A stretch of 64,000 nucleotides of DNA from Gemmatimonadota bacterium (lineage in GTDB: Bacteria > Gemmatimonadota > Gemmatimonadetes > Gemmatimonadales > Gemmatimonadaceae): positions 1 through 64,000 of the forward strand of contig JAZJZK010000027.1 of the NCBI GenBank assembly GCA_040389905.1, in the 5' to 3' direction. Numbering within the stretch: position 1 is the first letter of the stretch; each line of letters opens with the position of its first letter. Below the pieces are notes generated by a model. That model saw only the letters and a program-made list of their open reading frames with translations, was not told the origin of the DNA and made no database searches. Both the position numbers and the translations under genes were made by a program. Shown in pieces: positions 41,831-50,743 of the stretch.

Positions 41831-44800
41831 ATGAAGAACGATGCGAAACGCGACCGCTGCCGGACACTCTTCGAGCTCGTCGAGTATCGAGCCGAAGCGA
41901 GCGCCGACAGGACGGCCTACCGCTTTGTGTCGTCGTCGGGTGAAGAAGACGGTACGCTGACCTACGGCGAGCTGCGCGAACGAGCAGCAATGATGGCGAG
42001 CCATCTGGCTGCTGTCACCGAGGCCGGCGATCGTGTCATCCTGCTATTGCCGCCGGGGCTGGATTACGTCGCGGCGTTGTTCGCCTGCCAATTTGCGGCC
42101 ACGGTCGCGGTGCCGGCCTATCCGCCCAATCCCCGGCGCCCGGATGGTCGCGTCGCCGGCATTATCGAAGACAGTGGCGCACGCGTCGCCATCGTCTCGT
42201 CCGCATTGCATGGCCGCCTTGGGCGCTCGATCGAGAACTCGCCGGTCCTTGGCCGCGTCGTCTGGCTCGACATCGAATCGATGAACGGGGACTCGGCGGA
42301 CGGCGGCATACGTCCTCCAGCGCGCGATGCGCTCGCGTTTCTGCAGTACACGTCTGGGTCGACGGGTGCACCGCGCGGCGTAATGCTGCCGCATGCGTCG
42401 GTCATGCACAACTTCGGCGTCATCCATCATGCGCTGCGCCACAGCGAAGACGATGAAGGCGTGTTCTGGGTGCCGCCGTACCACGACATGGGCCTCGTTG
42501 GCGGAATTCTCGAGCCGCTGTACGCCGGCTTTCCGACGAATCTGATGTCACCGTCGACGTTCTCGCAGCGGCCCGCGCGGTGGCTCGAGGCATTGTCGAA
42601 GTACCGCGCGACGACGAGCGGCGCGCCGAACTTTGCCTTCGACCTCGCAGCGGAACGCATTACGGAGGAAGAGAAGACCGCGCTCGATCTGTCGCATTGG
42701 CGCGTGGCCGCGAATGGAGCGGAACCGGTGCGCGCGGATACTATCGAGCGCTTCACGCGGGCGTTCGCGCCGTACGGCTTTCGGGCAGAGACCTTCATGC
42801 CGTGTTACGGTCTCGCGGAAATCACGTTGTTCGCGGCAGGAGAAACGCGGGTCACGCCGCCAGTCATCCTCTCCGCCGATCGCGCCCTCCTCGAGGCGCG
42901 ACGCCTCGCCGAAAGTGTTGCTCCCGACGCGTCGCGGCTCGTGACAGTCGGCCCCCCCGCGCGCGGCGTGACGATCTGCATCGTCGATCCCGATACGAAG
43001 CGCGAGTGCGCACGCGACGAAGTGGGGGAGATCTGGCTGGCGAGCGAAAGCATCGGGTCGGGCTATTGGGGACGGCCGGCCGAGACGAAGGATGCCTTCA
43101 ACGCCCGACTGGATGGCCGCGATGAACGATTCCTTCGTACGGGAGACCTCGGCGCGTTCTACGAGGGTGATCTCATCGTCACTGGACGCCTCAAGGATCT
43201 GGCAATCGTCGGTGGCCGCAATTTCTACCCGCAAGACATCGAGCGCGCCGCAGAAGAGAGTCACCCCAACGTACGTTCGGGTGGCGTCGCAGCATTCAGC
43301 GTCGGCGACCTCGGCAGTGAGAAGGTCGTCGTGGTGGCGGAAGTGGTGCGCCACCATCGTGAGCACCAACAGGGTGAGGTCGTCGGCGCGGTCCGGACGT
43401 CGGTCGCCGATGCACTTGGCGTCGTGGTCGACGACGTCGTCCTGATTCGACACGGGACGCTCCCGAAAACGTCGAGCGGAAAGTTGCAGCGCCGGCTCAC
43501 CAGGGCGCGCTTCCAGTCGGGTGAGCTGCGCGGCACGGAACCACCCGCACCGCCGCGGAATGGGACGCACGCGCCGGACGAGCATGCGTCCAGCGCAGAG
43601 CGGGCAGCAGGGATGCGCTCGTGGCTGCGCGATTATGCGCGAACGACGCTCGATTCGCGGCGTATGGATGAACGTCGTGAGATGGATCCGAGTCTTACCC
43701 GCGAGTTCGCCGCGCGCGGATTCTTCGGCTTGCAAACGCCGCAGAGCCTTGGTGGTACGGCGCTCGCGCACACCGATATGCTACGCGTCGTCGAGCAGTT
43801 GTCGGCAATCGATCTGACGCTCGCGACGTACATCGGCGGACACAATTCGCTCGGGATCCAGCCGATTCTCCGTCACGGGTCCACCGCGCTCCGCGATGCC
43901 GTCATCCCCCAGCTTGCGCGCGGTGCGCGGATCGCGGCGTTGGCGGTCACTGAACCGGCCGCCGGCTCGAATCCGTGGGCGATCGAGTCCGTCGCCATTC
44001 CAGTCGACGGGGGTTATCGGCTGCATGGCGTGAAGAGTTGGATTGGTTCGGCAGGTGTGGCCGATGTCTTCAACGTGCTGGCGCGCGTGCCGGGTGATAC
44101 TGGCGGTCTCACGGCCTTCGCGCTCAATGGAGGAGCGGCGGGACTGCGTATTGGTGATCCCGCGCTCACGATGGGCATGCGGGCCATGCTCCAGAATGCC
44201 GTCCATCTCGACGGTGTCTTTGCAGCCAGCGACGTGATTCTCGGCCATGTCGGCGGCGGCTTCGATGTGGCTCACGACACCTTCCTCCAGGCGCGCCTCG
44301 GCGTGGCCGCCATGTGCCTCGGTGCCATCAAGCGTTCGATCCAGCTCGCGCACCGATACGCGGCGCGACGGAAGGTGGCGTCCGGCAAGTTGCTGGCGCA
44401 CCCGGTGACGCGAGCGCGTCTGGGCCGAATGACTGCCTCCGCCGCCGCGCTCGATACCTACCTCGAGGTGATGGCGTTGCGCCTCGATGCCGGTGTGGCG
44501 CTACCGGAAGATGCATTCGTCATCTGCAAGACGGCCGCACCTGAGCTGTTATGGGATGCCGTCGATAGCGCGATGCAACTGCTCGGGGGGCGAGGATACG
44601 TCGAGACGAATCCGTTGGCGCCGATGCTGCGTGATGCTCGGCTCCTCCGCATCTTCGAAGGTCCCACCGAGCCGCTGTTGGTGCATCTCGGTGCCCGAAC
44701 GCTCAGGGAGGGGGCAGGGCAGCGCACGCTCCTCGGCGACGTTCTCGGCGCGCCGGACATTGCGGATCGCGTCGCCGAAGTGGCGCTGTTGACGACGGGC

Positions 44801-46705
44801 CGGCTCCTGCGCTCCGGGCGCGGCACCGCGCGCGCGACGGCGCAACAGTGGGCGAGTTACCGCCTTGGCCTCGTCGTTACCGAAGCGGCCATGTTGGCAT
44901 CGGCACGAATGGCCGCACAGCGCGCCATTCCCGGCGCTGAACACGCCATCACTGTCTTCGAGGAACGGCTCGAGGCAGCCGTCGCGCGCTGCGTCACGCC
45001 GCATGCGGACGAGCGGCCTGCACTCGACGCGCCTGGTCTCGACGATGCCATCGCGTGGGCGGGCGACGACATCGGTGACATTGAACAGCGCTCCAACACG
45101 GCGCTCGACCCCATGCTCGCCGTCGACTGGGACGACTCGCAGCGCCCAGCCGAAGCAGCGGAGGCGCCTGCCTCCGTCGCAGCGACTCGTACGCCGTCGC
45201 TGTCGTTCATCCTCGAGTGGCTCGTCGAGGAATTCCAGCTGCCACCCGGTACGGCGGAACCCGAAACGAGCCTCCGCGATCACGGCCTCGACTCACTGGC
45301 CGCAACGCGACTTGTCGTGGCGCTCGAAACCCACCTTGGTCGTCGGATCGACGCGTCGCTCCTGTGGCGCGCGGCAACGATCGGTGAATTTGCCGCTGCC
45401 GTCGACGGCGCGCGCGTGGAGGCGTTCACCTTTACGCCGCCCCCGGCGGCGCGCGATCATCGTGCGGATGGAATTCCGGTGGAACAGTGGCCCGAGTTCC
45501 GTGCCCTGCGCTCCCGAATGGCCGACGTCACGACACGAGGCACCGCCAACCCGTACTTCGCCGTCCATGAAGGCATCTCGGGAGCGACAGCCGTGGTGGC
45601 CGGGCGCGAGCTGCTGAATTTCGCCAACTACAATTACCTGGGCCTCTCCGGACATCCTGCCGTCACGCGCGCCGCGCGCGATGCAACTGACCAATACGGT
45701 ACGTCAGTGTCGGCGAGCCGTATTGCCTCGGGCGAACGACCGCTTCATGGCCAGCTCGAATCCGCCATCGCGAAATTCGTCGGCGCGGATGACGCGATCG
45801 TTTTCGTGGGTGGACACGCGACGAACGTGTCCGTGCTGTCGCACCTGTTCGGTCCAGGCGATCTCGTCCTCTGTGACGTGCTGATGCACAACAGCGCCCT
45901 GCAGGGAGCCGCGTTCTCGGGCGCGCGCTGGCTCACCTTTCCACACAACGACTGGCAGGCGTGCGATGCCATGCTCGCCGAGCTGCGTGCTCAGCATCGG
46001 CGAGCGGTCGTGGTCATCGAAGGTGTCTACAGCGCCGACGGCGATGTGCCGGATCTCGGCAAATTCGTAGACGTGAAGGTGCGTCACAACGCCATGCTCA
46101 TGGTCGATGAGGCGCATTCGCTCGGCGTGCTCGGAACCGGGGGCCGCGGAATCGCCGAGGGCGCGGGGGTCGAGCCGGCGGCAATCGACATCCTGATGGG
46201 AACGTTGAGCAAGACGTTGGCGAGCTGCGGCGGCTACGTCGCCGGCAGCAGCGCCCTGGTCGAGTATCTCAAGTACACCGCGCCCGGCTTTGTCTACAGC
46301 GTCGGCATCTCACCCCCGAATGCGGCGGCAGCGCTCGAAGCGCTGCGCGTTCTCGAGGCTGAACCCGAGCGCGTTACGCGCCTGCAGCAGCGAGCGGCGT
46401 ACTTTGCCACGGTGGCGAGAGAAGCGGGGCTGAATACGGGGCGCAGTGCAGGGAGTGCCGTCATTCCAATCGTCGTCGGCGACTCGCACCGCGCCGTGCG
46501 CGTCTCGCAACGCCTGTTCGATCGGGGTATCAACGTGCAGCCGATGATCAGCCCCGCGGTGCCGAACGATGAAGCGCGCCTCCGATTCTTCATCTCCAGC
46601 GAGCACACCACTGAGCAAATCGACGAGGCCATTCGCTTGACGGCAGAAGCGCTGGTGTCGAGCACAGAGAGCGATTCGTCGTTGCAACTGACGGAACAAG
46701 CGTAG
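41831..46705 (+). CDS. Four-domain fusion: fatty acyl-AMP ligase - acyl-CoA dehydrogenase - ACP - PLP alpha-oxoamine synthase (Spt/BioF family)
   Basis: LQYTSGSTG, PPYHDMGLVGG, PCYGLAE, LPKTSSGK; TEPAAGS, RIFEG; GLDSL; NYLGLS, DEAHS, GTLSKT; one uninterrupted 1624-aa ORF. Confidence 0.92.
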   Translation: MKNDAKRDRCRTLFELVEYRAEASADRTAYRFVSSSGEEDGTLTYGELRERAAMMASHLAAVTEAGDRVILLLPPGLDYVAALFACQFAATVAVPAYPPNPRRPDGRVAGIIEDSGARVAIVSSALHGRLGRSIENSPVLGRVVWLDIESMNGDSADGGIRPPARDALAFLQYTSGSTGAPRGVMLPHASVMHNFGVIHHALRHSEDDEGVFWVPPYHDMGLVGGILEPLYAGFPTNLMSPSTFSQRPARWLEALSKYRATTSGAPNFAFDLAAERITEEEKTALDLSHWRVAANGAEPVRADTIERFTRAFAPYGFRAETFMPCYGLAEITLFAAGETRVTPPVILSADRALLEARRLAESVAPDASRLVTVGPPARGVTICIVDPDTKRECARDEVGEIWLASESIGSGYWGRPAETKDAFNARLDGRDERFLRTGDLGAFYEGDLIVTGRLKDLAIVGGRNFYPQDIERAAEESHPNVRSGGVAAFSVGDLGSEKVVVVAEVVRHHREHQQGEVVGAVRTSVADALGVVVDDVVLIRHGTLPKTSSGKLQRRLTRARFQSGELRGTEPPAPPRNGTHAPDEHASSAERAAGMRSWLRDYARTTLDSRRMDERREMDPSLTREFAARGFFGLQTPQSLGGTALAHTDMLRVVEQLSAIDLTLATYIGGHNSLGIQPILRHGSTALRDAVIPQLARGARIAALAVTEPAAGSNPWAIESVAIPVDGGYRLHGVKSWIGSAGVADVFNVLARVPGDTGGLTAFALNGGAAGLRIGDPALTMGMRAMLQNAVHLDGVFAASDVILGHVGGGFDVAHDTFLQARLGVAAMCLGAIKRSIQLAHRYAARRKVASGKLLAHPVTRARLGRMTASAAALDTYLEVMALRLDAGVALPEDAFVICKTAAPELLWDAVDSAMQLLGGRGYVETNPLAPMLRDARLLRIFEGPTEPLLVHLGARTLREGAGQRTLLGDVLGAPDIADRVAEVALLTTGRLLRSGRGTARATAQQWASYRLGLVVTEAAMLASARMAAQRAIPGAEHAITVFEERLEAAVARCVTPHADERPALDAPGLDDAIAWAGDDIGDIEQRSNTALDPMLAVDWDDSQRPAEAAEAPASVAATRTPSLSFILEWLVEEFQLPPGTAEPETSLRDHGLDSLAATRLVVALETHLGRRIDASLLWRAATIGEFAAAVDGARVEAFTFTPPPAARDHRADGIPVEQWPEFRALRSRMADVTTRGTANPYFAVHEGISGATAVVAGRELLNFANYNYLGLSGHPAVTRAARDATDQYGTSVSASRIASGERPLHGQLESAIAKFVGADDAIVFVGGHATNVSVLSHLFGPGDLVLCDVLMHNSALQGAAFSGARWLTFPHNDWQACDAMLAELRAQHRRAVVVIEGVYSADGDVPDLGKFVDVKVRHNAMLMVDEAHSLGVLGTGGRGIAEGAGVEPAAIDILMGTLSKTLASCGGYVAGSSALVEYLKYTAPGFVYSVGISPPNAAAALEALRVLEAEPERVTRLQQRAAYFATVAREAGLNTGRSAGSAVIPIVVGDSHRAVRVSQRLFDRGINVQPMISPAVPNDEARLRFFISSEHTTEQIDEAIRLTAEALVSSTESDSSLQLTEQA

Positions 46706-46707
46706 TT

Positions 46708-46814
46708 GTCCGCTCGTTTTGTCGCCCTGAGTGAAACGAAGGGCCCCCACATCATGCCGTTGCAAGAGCAGGTGCAGGCGCGTCGCTTCGCTCAGGGCGA
46801 CAAAACGAGCGGAC
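46708..46814. repeat. Inverted REP pair between convergent genes, possible bidirectional terminator
   Basis: Perfect 24-bp inverted repeat 46708-46731 / 46791-46814, same family as 2981-3069. Confidence 0.85.
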
Positions 46815-46824
46815 TGCATGGGGC

Positions 46825-47736
46825 CTACAGCAATCTCCGCTCGACGACGCGCGCCACTCCAGTCGCCGCGATGCCCACGAACAACCCTGCCACGACATCC
46901 ACGGCGTAGTGGTATCCGCCGTATACGGCTCCAAACCCAAGCCCGATTGTCACGAAAACCATGACGATGCCGAGCGCTCGCTGAAATCGGAGCGCGCTCA
47001 TGGTCGCGACGACCGACGCCGCCACGTGCGATGAGGGAAAGGCCGTCCCGCGCGATGAGCCCGACTCCAACAGCGCGATGACGATCGAGCGAACGGGGCC
47101 ATCGGGCGCGTCGGACGGACCGAGCAGGAAGCGTGGGCCATCCACGGGCAGCAAGGCATACGTGGCAAAGCACAGGCAGTACACGACGACCAGTGCGAAG
47201 GTTGACCGCACAAACGCGTTCCGACTGCCAGTCAACGTCAACAATGCCGGCGGAGCATAGATGAGGGCATAGTAGGCGAGGTAGCAGAGGTGCAGCACCT
47301 CGCTCAATGCACTCGAGTGCAGCTGGGCGGCCAGCGTACGCGAAGGGTCGGAGGCGAAAGCGCTCGCCTCCCAGCCGCGAACCAACGCGTCCAGGTGCGG
47401 CCGGCCGACGCCTTCGATGATCCACCGCAGCTCGATGTAGAGAAAAGGCCCGACCGCGAGGGGCGTCCAGTCGCGCACGGTGCGCACGATTCGGCTGGGA
47501 AAAGTGCCGCACACCAACGCACATACCACGGCGGAGAGCATCGCGGTGTGCATAGCCAGCGGCGCCCACGTTGCCGTCCTTGCGGCCAGCCCTACGAGGG
47601 GCACGACCATCACAACGAGGTAGACCGACAGGACCCCGAGCGAGAGCGCCGTGTAGCGGTCGCTCACATCGCGGTCCGGCATCCTCAACCGATCGAGTAG
47701 TCGACGCATGGCCCGCAGTATTACCTTTGCGCTCAT
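46825..47736 (-). CDS. PAP2-superfamily membrane enzyme (Aur1/IPC-synthase-like); start uncertain
   Basis: LPVDGPRF, AFPSSHV, GYHYAVD; multiple TMs. Confidence 0.85.
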   Translation of the reverse strand: MSAKVILRAMRRLLDRLRMPDRDVSDRYTALSLGVLSVYLVVMVVPLVGLAARTATWAPLAMHTAMLSAVVCALVCGTFPSRIVRTVRDWTPLAVGPFLYIELRWIIEGVGRPHLDALVRGWEASAFASDPSRTLAAQLHSSALSEVLHLCYLAYYALIYAPPALLTLTGSRNAFVRSTFALVVVYCLCFATYALLPVDGPRFLLGPSDAPDGPVRSIVIALLESGSSRGTAFPSSHVAASVVATMSALRFQRALGIVMVFVTIGLGFGAVYGGYHYAVDVVAGLFVGIAATGVARVVERRLL

Positions 47737-47765
47737 CCGCCGATAGCCACCCGTTCAGGACGCCC

Positions 47766-48905
47766 GTGAGTCTCGAGATCATTTCCGCCGAGTCGAAGCG
47801 CGACATCAACCGCTTCGTCGATCTGCCATGGCAGATCTATACCAAGAAGGACCATGCACAGTGGATCCCACCGCTTCGGTTGACGGTGCTGGACGCACTC
47901 GATCGGAAGAAACCGTTCTACCGAGACGCGGAACGCGCGCTTTTCATCGCGGTGCGCGACGGAAAGGACGTCGGTCGAATCGCCGCGATCGAGAATCGGA
48001 CGCACAACCGCGTGCATGGAGACAAGGTGGGTTTCTGGGGCTTCTTCGAGAGCGTCGACGATCAGGAGGTGGTGAATGCCCTGTTCGACGCTGCCGCGCG
48101 CTGGCTTGCCGGCCGCGGCCTCGATACGATGCGCGGGCCCGTCATGCCGAGCACGAACTACGATTGCGGTCTGCTGGTCGATGGGTTCGAGCATGAGCCG
48201 ACGTTCATGACGCCGTGGAACCCTCGCTCGTATCCCGCCATGATCGAGCGGGCCGGCCAGGCCAAGGTCAAGGACCTCGTGGCCTACGTCATACCGATGG
48301 CTGATGGGTTCGAACTGCCGCCGACGTTCAAGGCACTGGCGGAACGGGCGCAGTCGAAAGCCGAAATCACCTTTCGCGACCTGGATCTCTCGAATTGGGG
48401 TGAGGAACTCGAGCGATGCTGGGATGTTTACAACTCCGCATGGGAGGAGAATTGGGGCTTCGTGCCCATGACGAAGGATGAATTCGTCGTCATGGCGAAG
48501 GACCTCAAGCCGCTCATGATCACGCAGTTCGTCTTCATGGCCGAGGTCAAGGGCGTTCCGGTCGGCTTCATGTTCATCGTGCCGGATTTCAACAAGATCC
48601 TGAAGAACATTCCCAACGGCAAACTCTTTCCAACGGGCGCGTTCAAGTTGCTCCTCGGGAAGTCGAAGCTGCGCGACGGGCGCATCATGGCGTTCGGCAT
48701 CAAGAAGGAATTCCGGTCCCGCTCCATCTTTCCCGTCTTTGCCTACGAAGCATTCCGACGCGGGCGCGCCTACGGAGCAACCAGCGCTGAGGCGAGCTGG
48801 ATTCTCGAGGACAACGAATTGCTCCTCGCGCCGCTGCGGGGGATCGGGCTCAAGGAACACCGCCGGTGGCGTTTGTACGACGGAACGACATCGCGCTCCG
48901 GCTGA
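47766..48905 (+). CDS. GNAT-fold acyltransferase resembling bacterial ceramide synthase (bCerS/YghO-like)
   Basis: RFVDLPWQIY, VGRIAAIEN, GFWGFFES, MRGP, AWEENWGFVP, EASWILEDN; GTG start inferred. Confidence 0.8.
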   Translation: MSLEIISAESKRDINRFVDLPWQIYTKKDHAQWIPPLRLTVLDALDRKKPFYRDAERALFIAVRDGKDVGRIAAIENRTHNRVHGDKVGFWGFFESVDDQEVVNALFDAAARWLAGRGLDTMRGPVMPSTNYDCGLLVDGFEHEPTFMTPWNPRSYPAMIERAGQAKVKDLVAYVIPMADGFELPPTFKALAERAQSKAEITFRDLDLSNWGEELERCWDVYNSAWEENWGFVPMTKDEFVVMAKDLKPLMITQFVFMAEVKGVPVGFMFIVPDFNKILKNIPNGKLFPTGAFKLLLGKSKLRDGRIMAFGIKKEFRSRSIFPVFAYEAFRRGRAYGATSAEASWILEDNELLLAPLRGIGLKEHRRWRLYDGTTSRSG

Positions 48906-49012
48906 GCACGTAGAAAGGAGGTCTCGCGGGTACGCTGAACGGCCGTGTTCGGCACACGCTTTGCCTAGTAGGCAGTACCGAACTGCCCGCCGAGACTCCT
49001 CAGACCGATCGT

Positions 49013-49825
49013 TTGCCGACCCTTTCTACACGCCTCGCGTCCGCCACCAAGGCAAAACTCCGCACCGTTCAGGACTACTTCTCCCTGGCCGGCCGCGCGT
49101 TGGGCTTCATTTTCGCCCGGCCCTTTTACGCGCAGGATCTCATCCAGCAGATGGATGAGATCGGTGTAAAGTCGCTGGGGATCGTGCTGCTCACCGGTTT
49201 CTTCACCGGAATGGTGCTCGCACTGCAATCGAGCGTGCAGCTCCAGACCTTCGGCGCGACGATGTACATCGGACGACTCGTTTCCGCATCGATGATCCGC
49301 GAGCTCGGCCCCGTGCTCGCCGGTCTCATGGTCGCTGGACGCGTAGGGTCCGGAATCGCCGCGCAACTCGGATCCATGCGCGTGACCGAGCAGATCGACG
49401 CCTTGAACACACTCGGCACCGATCCCATCAAGAAGCTGGTGACGCCGCGCGTACTGGCTGCGCTACTCATGCTGCCGGTGCTCACCGTCATCAATGACTT
49501 CGTCGGCATCCTCGGCGGCAATCTCATTTCGACGGTGCTGGTCGGCATTCCGAGCGGGCTGTACTGGCGCACGGTGTGGGAGCAGATCGCGTCCGATGGA
49601 TTCACGATGCGCTTCATTCCGAACGACTTCGTCCAGGGCATCACGAAACCGTTCGTCTTCGGCGGCATCATTTCGATTTCGGCGTGCTACTTCGGGCTCA
49701 ACACGACCGGCGGTACGGAAGGCGTGGGTCAGGCAACGACGCGGACCGTGGTGCTCTCGAGCATCCTGATCCTCATCGTGGACTACTTCCTCACGCAGAT
49801 CCTTCTTTCGCTGTTTGCACCATGA
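49013..49825 (+). CDS. mlaE: MCE/Mla ABC transporter permease
   Basis: RELGPVLAGLMVAGRVGS, MRVTEQIDAL, GVGQATT. Confidence 0.93.
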   Translation: MPTLSTRLASATKAKLRTVQDYFSLAGRALGFIFARPFYAQDLIQQMDEIGVKSLGIVLLTGFFTGMVLALQSSVQLQTFGATMYIGRLVSASMIRELGPVLAGLMVAGRVGSGIAAQLGSMRVTEQIDALNTLGTDPIKKLVTPRVLAALLMLPVLTVINDFVGILGGNLISTVLVGIPSGLYWRTVWEQIASDGFTMRFIPNDFVQGITKPFVFGGIISISACYFGLNTTGGTEGVGQATTRTVVLSSILILIVDYFLTQILLSLFAP

Positions 49826-50742
49826 TCGACGATCCGCGTGACAAGGGCGACGACGGAACGTTGCCGCGCGAGTCCAAGCGTCGCGGTGAAGGCCGGCGTC
49901 TTGCCGAGCGGAAGCCGGAGAACGTGCGCGCGGCCATTCGGGACGAGCTCGCGGTCGATGAGCCTGCCGATGCGGCGATCGCCGCAAAAAAGGCCGAGCG
50001 GGGCGAAGCCGAGGCGATCATCGAGCTCAGCCACGTCTTCCTTGCGTTCGATTCGCCTATTCTCGAAGACGTCTCGTTCGTTGCGCGCAAAGGGGAGACG
50101 ATCTGTGTGGTCGGAGAGTCGGGTACCGGTAAGAGCACAGCGCTCAAGCTCATCCTTCGCCTACTGGTTCCAGACAAGGGATCGGTCTGTATCGATGGCC
50201 AGGACATCACCGGACTCACCTTCAAGGAAGCACTCGAGGTTCGGCAGCGCATGGGCATGGTCTTCCAGGGGGCCGCGCTGTTCGACTCGATGTCCGTGTT
50301 CGAGAACATCGCATACCCGTTGCGAGAGCACACGGATCTGTCCGAGGAGGAGATCGAACAGCGCGTGCGGGAGAAGCTGGATTTCGTCGATCTCGAGCCG
50401 GACCGTGTCATGAGCCAATTGCCGTCGGAGCTGTCTGGGGGCATGCGGAAGCGCGTCGGCATCGCGCGCGGCATGGCCAACAATCCCGAGATCATGCTGT
50501 ACGACGAGCCGACCTCGGGGCTCGATCCGCTCACCACGGGCACGATTACGCGGCTGATCATGAAGCTGCAGCGAGAGCTGAACGTTACCAGCGTGGTCGT
50601 TTCGCACGACATTCGCTCCGTGTTCCGCATGGCGACACGCGTTGCCGTTCTGCACGACCGAAAGATCGCCTTCTTCGGCACGCCGGAAGAGATGTCCGCC
50701 TCCGACGACACTTACCTCCGCGATTTCCTCGGCGGCAACTGA
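49822..50742 (+). CDS. mlaF: MCE/Mla ABC transporter ATPase
   Basis: GESGTGKS, FQGAALFDSM, LSGGMRKRV, YDEPTSGLDP. Confidence 0.93.
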   Translation: MIDDPRDKGDDGTLPRESKRRGEGRRLAERKPENVRAAIRDELAVDEPADAAIAAKKAERGEAEAIIELSHVFLAFDSPILEDVSFVARKGETICVVGESGTGKSTALKLILRLLVPDKGSVCIDGQDITGLTFKEALEVRQRMGMVFQGAALFDSMSVFENIAYPLREHTDLSEEEIEQRVREKLDFVDLEPDRVMSQLPSELSGGMRKRVGIARGMANNPEIMLYDEPTSGLDPLTTGTITRLIMKLQRELNVTSVVVSHDIRSVFRMATRVAVLHDRKIAFFGTPEEMSASDDTYLRDFLGGN

Positions 50743-50743
50743 C

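Noticed and set aside
45500..46705. Calling the PLP domain bioF (biotin synthesis)
   Set aside because: Fused to FAAL/ACAD/ACP and flanked by lipid genes, with no other bio genes; not excluded without phylogeny
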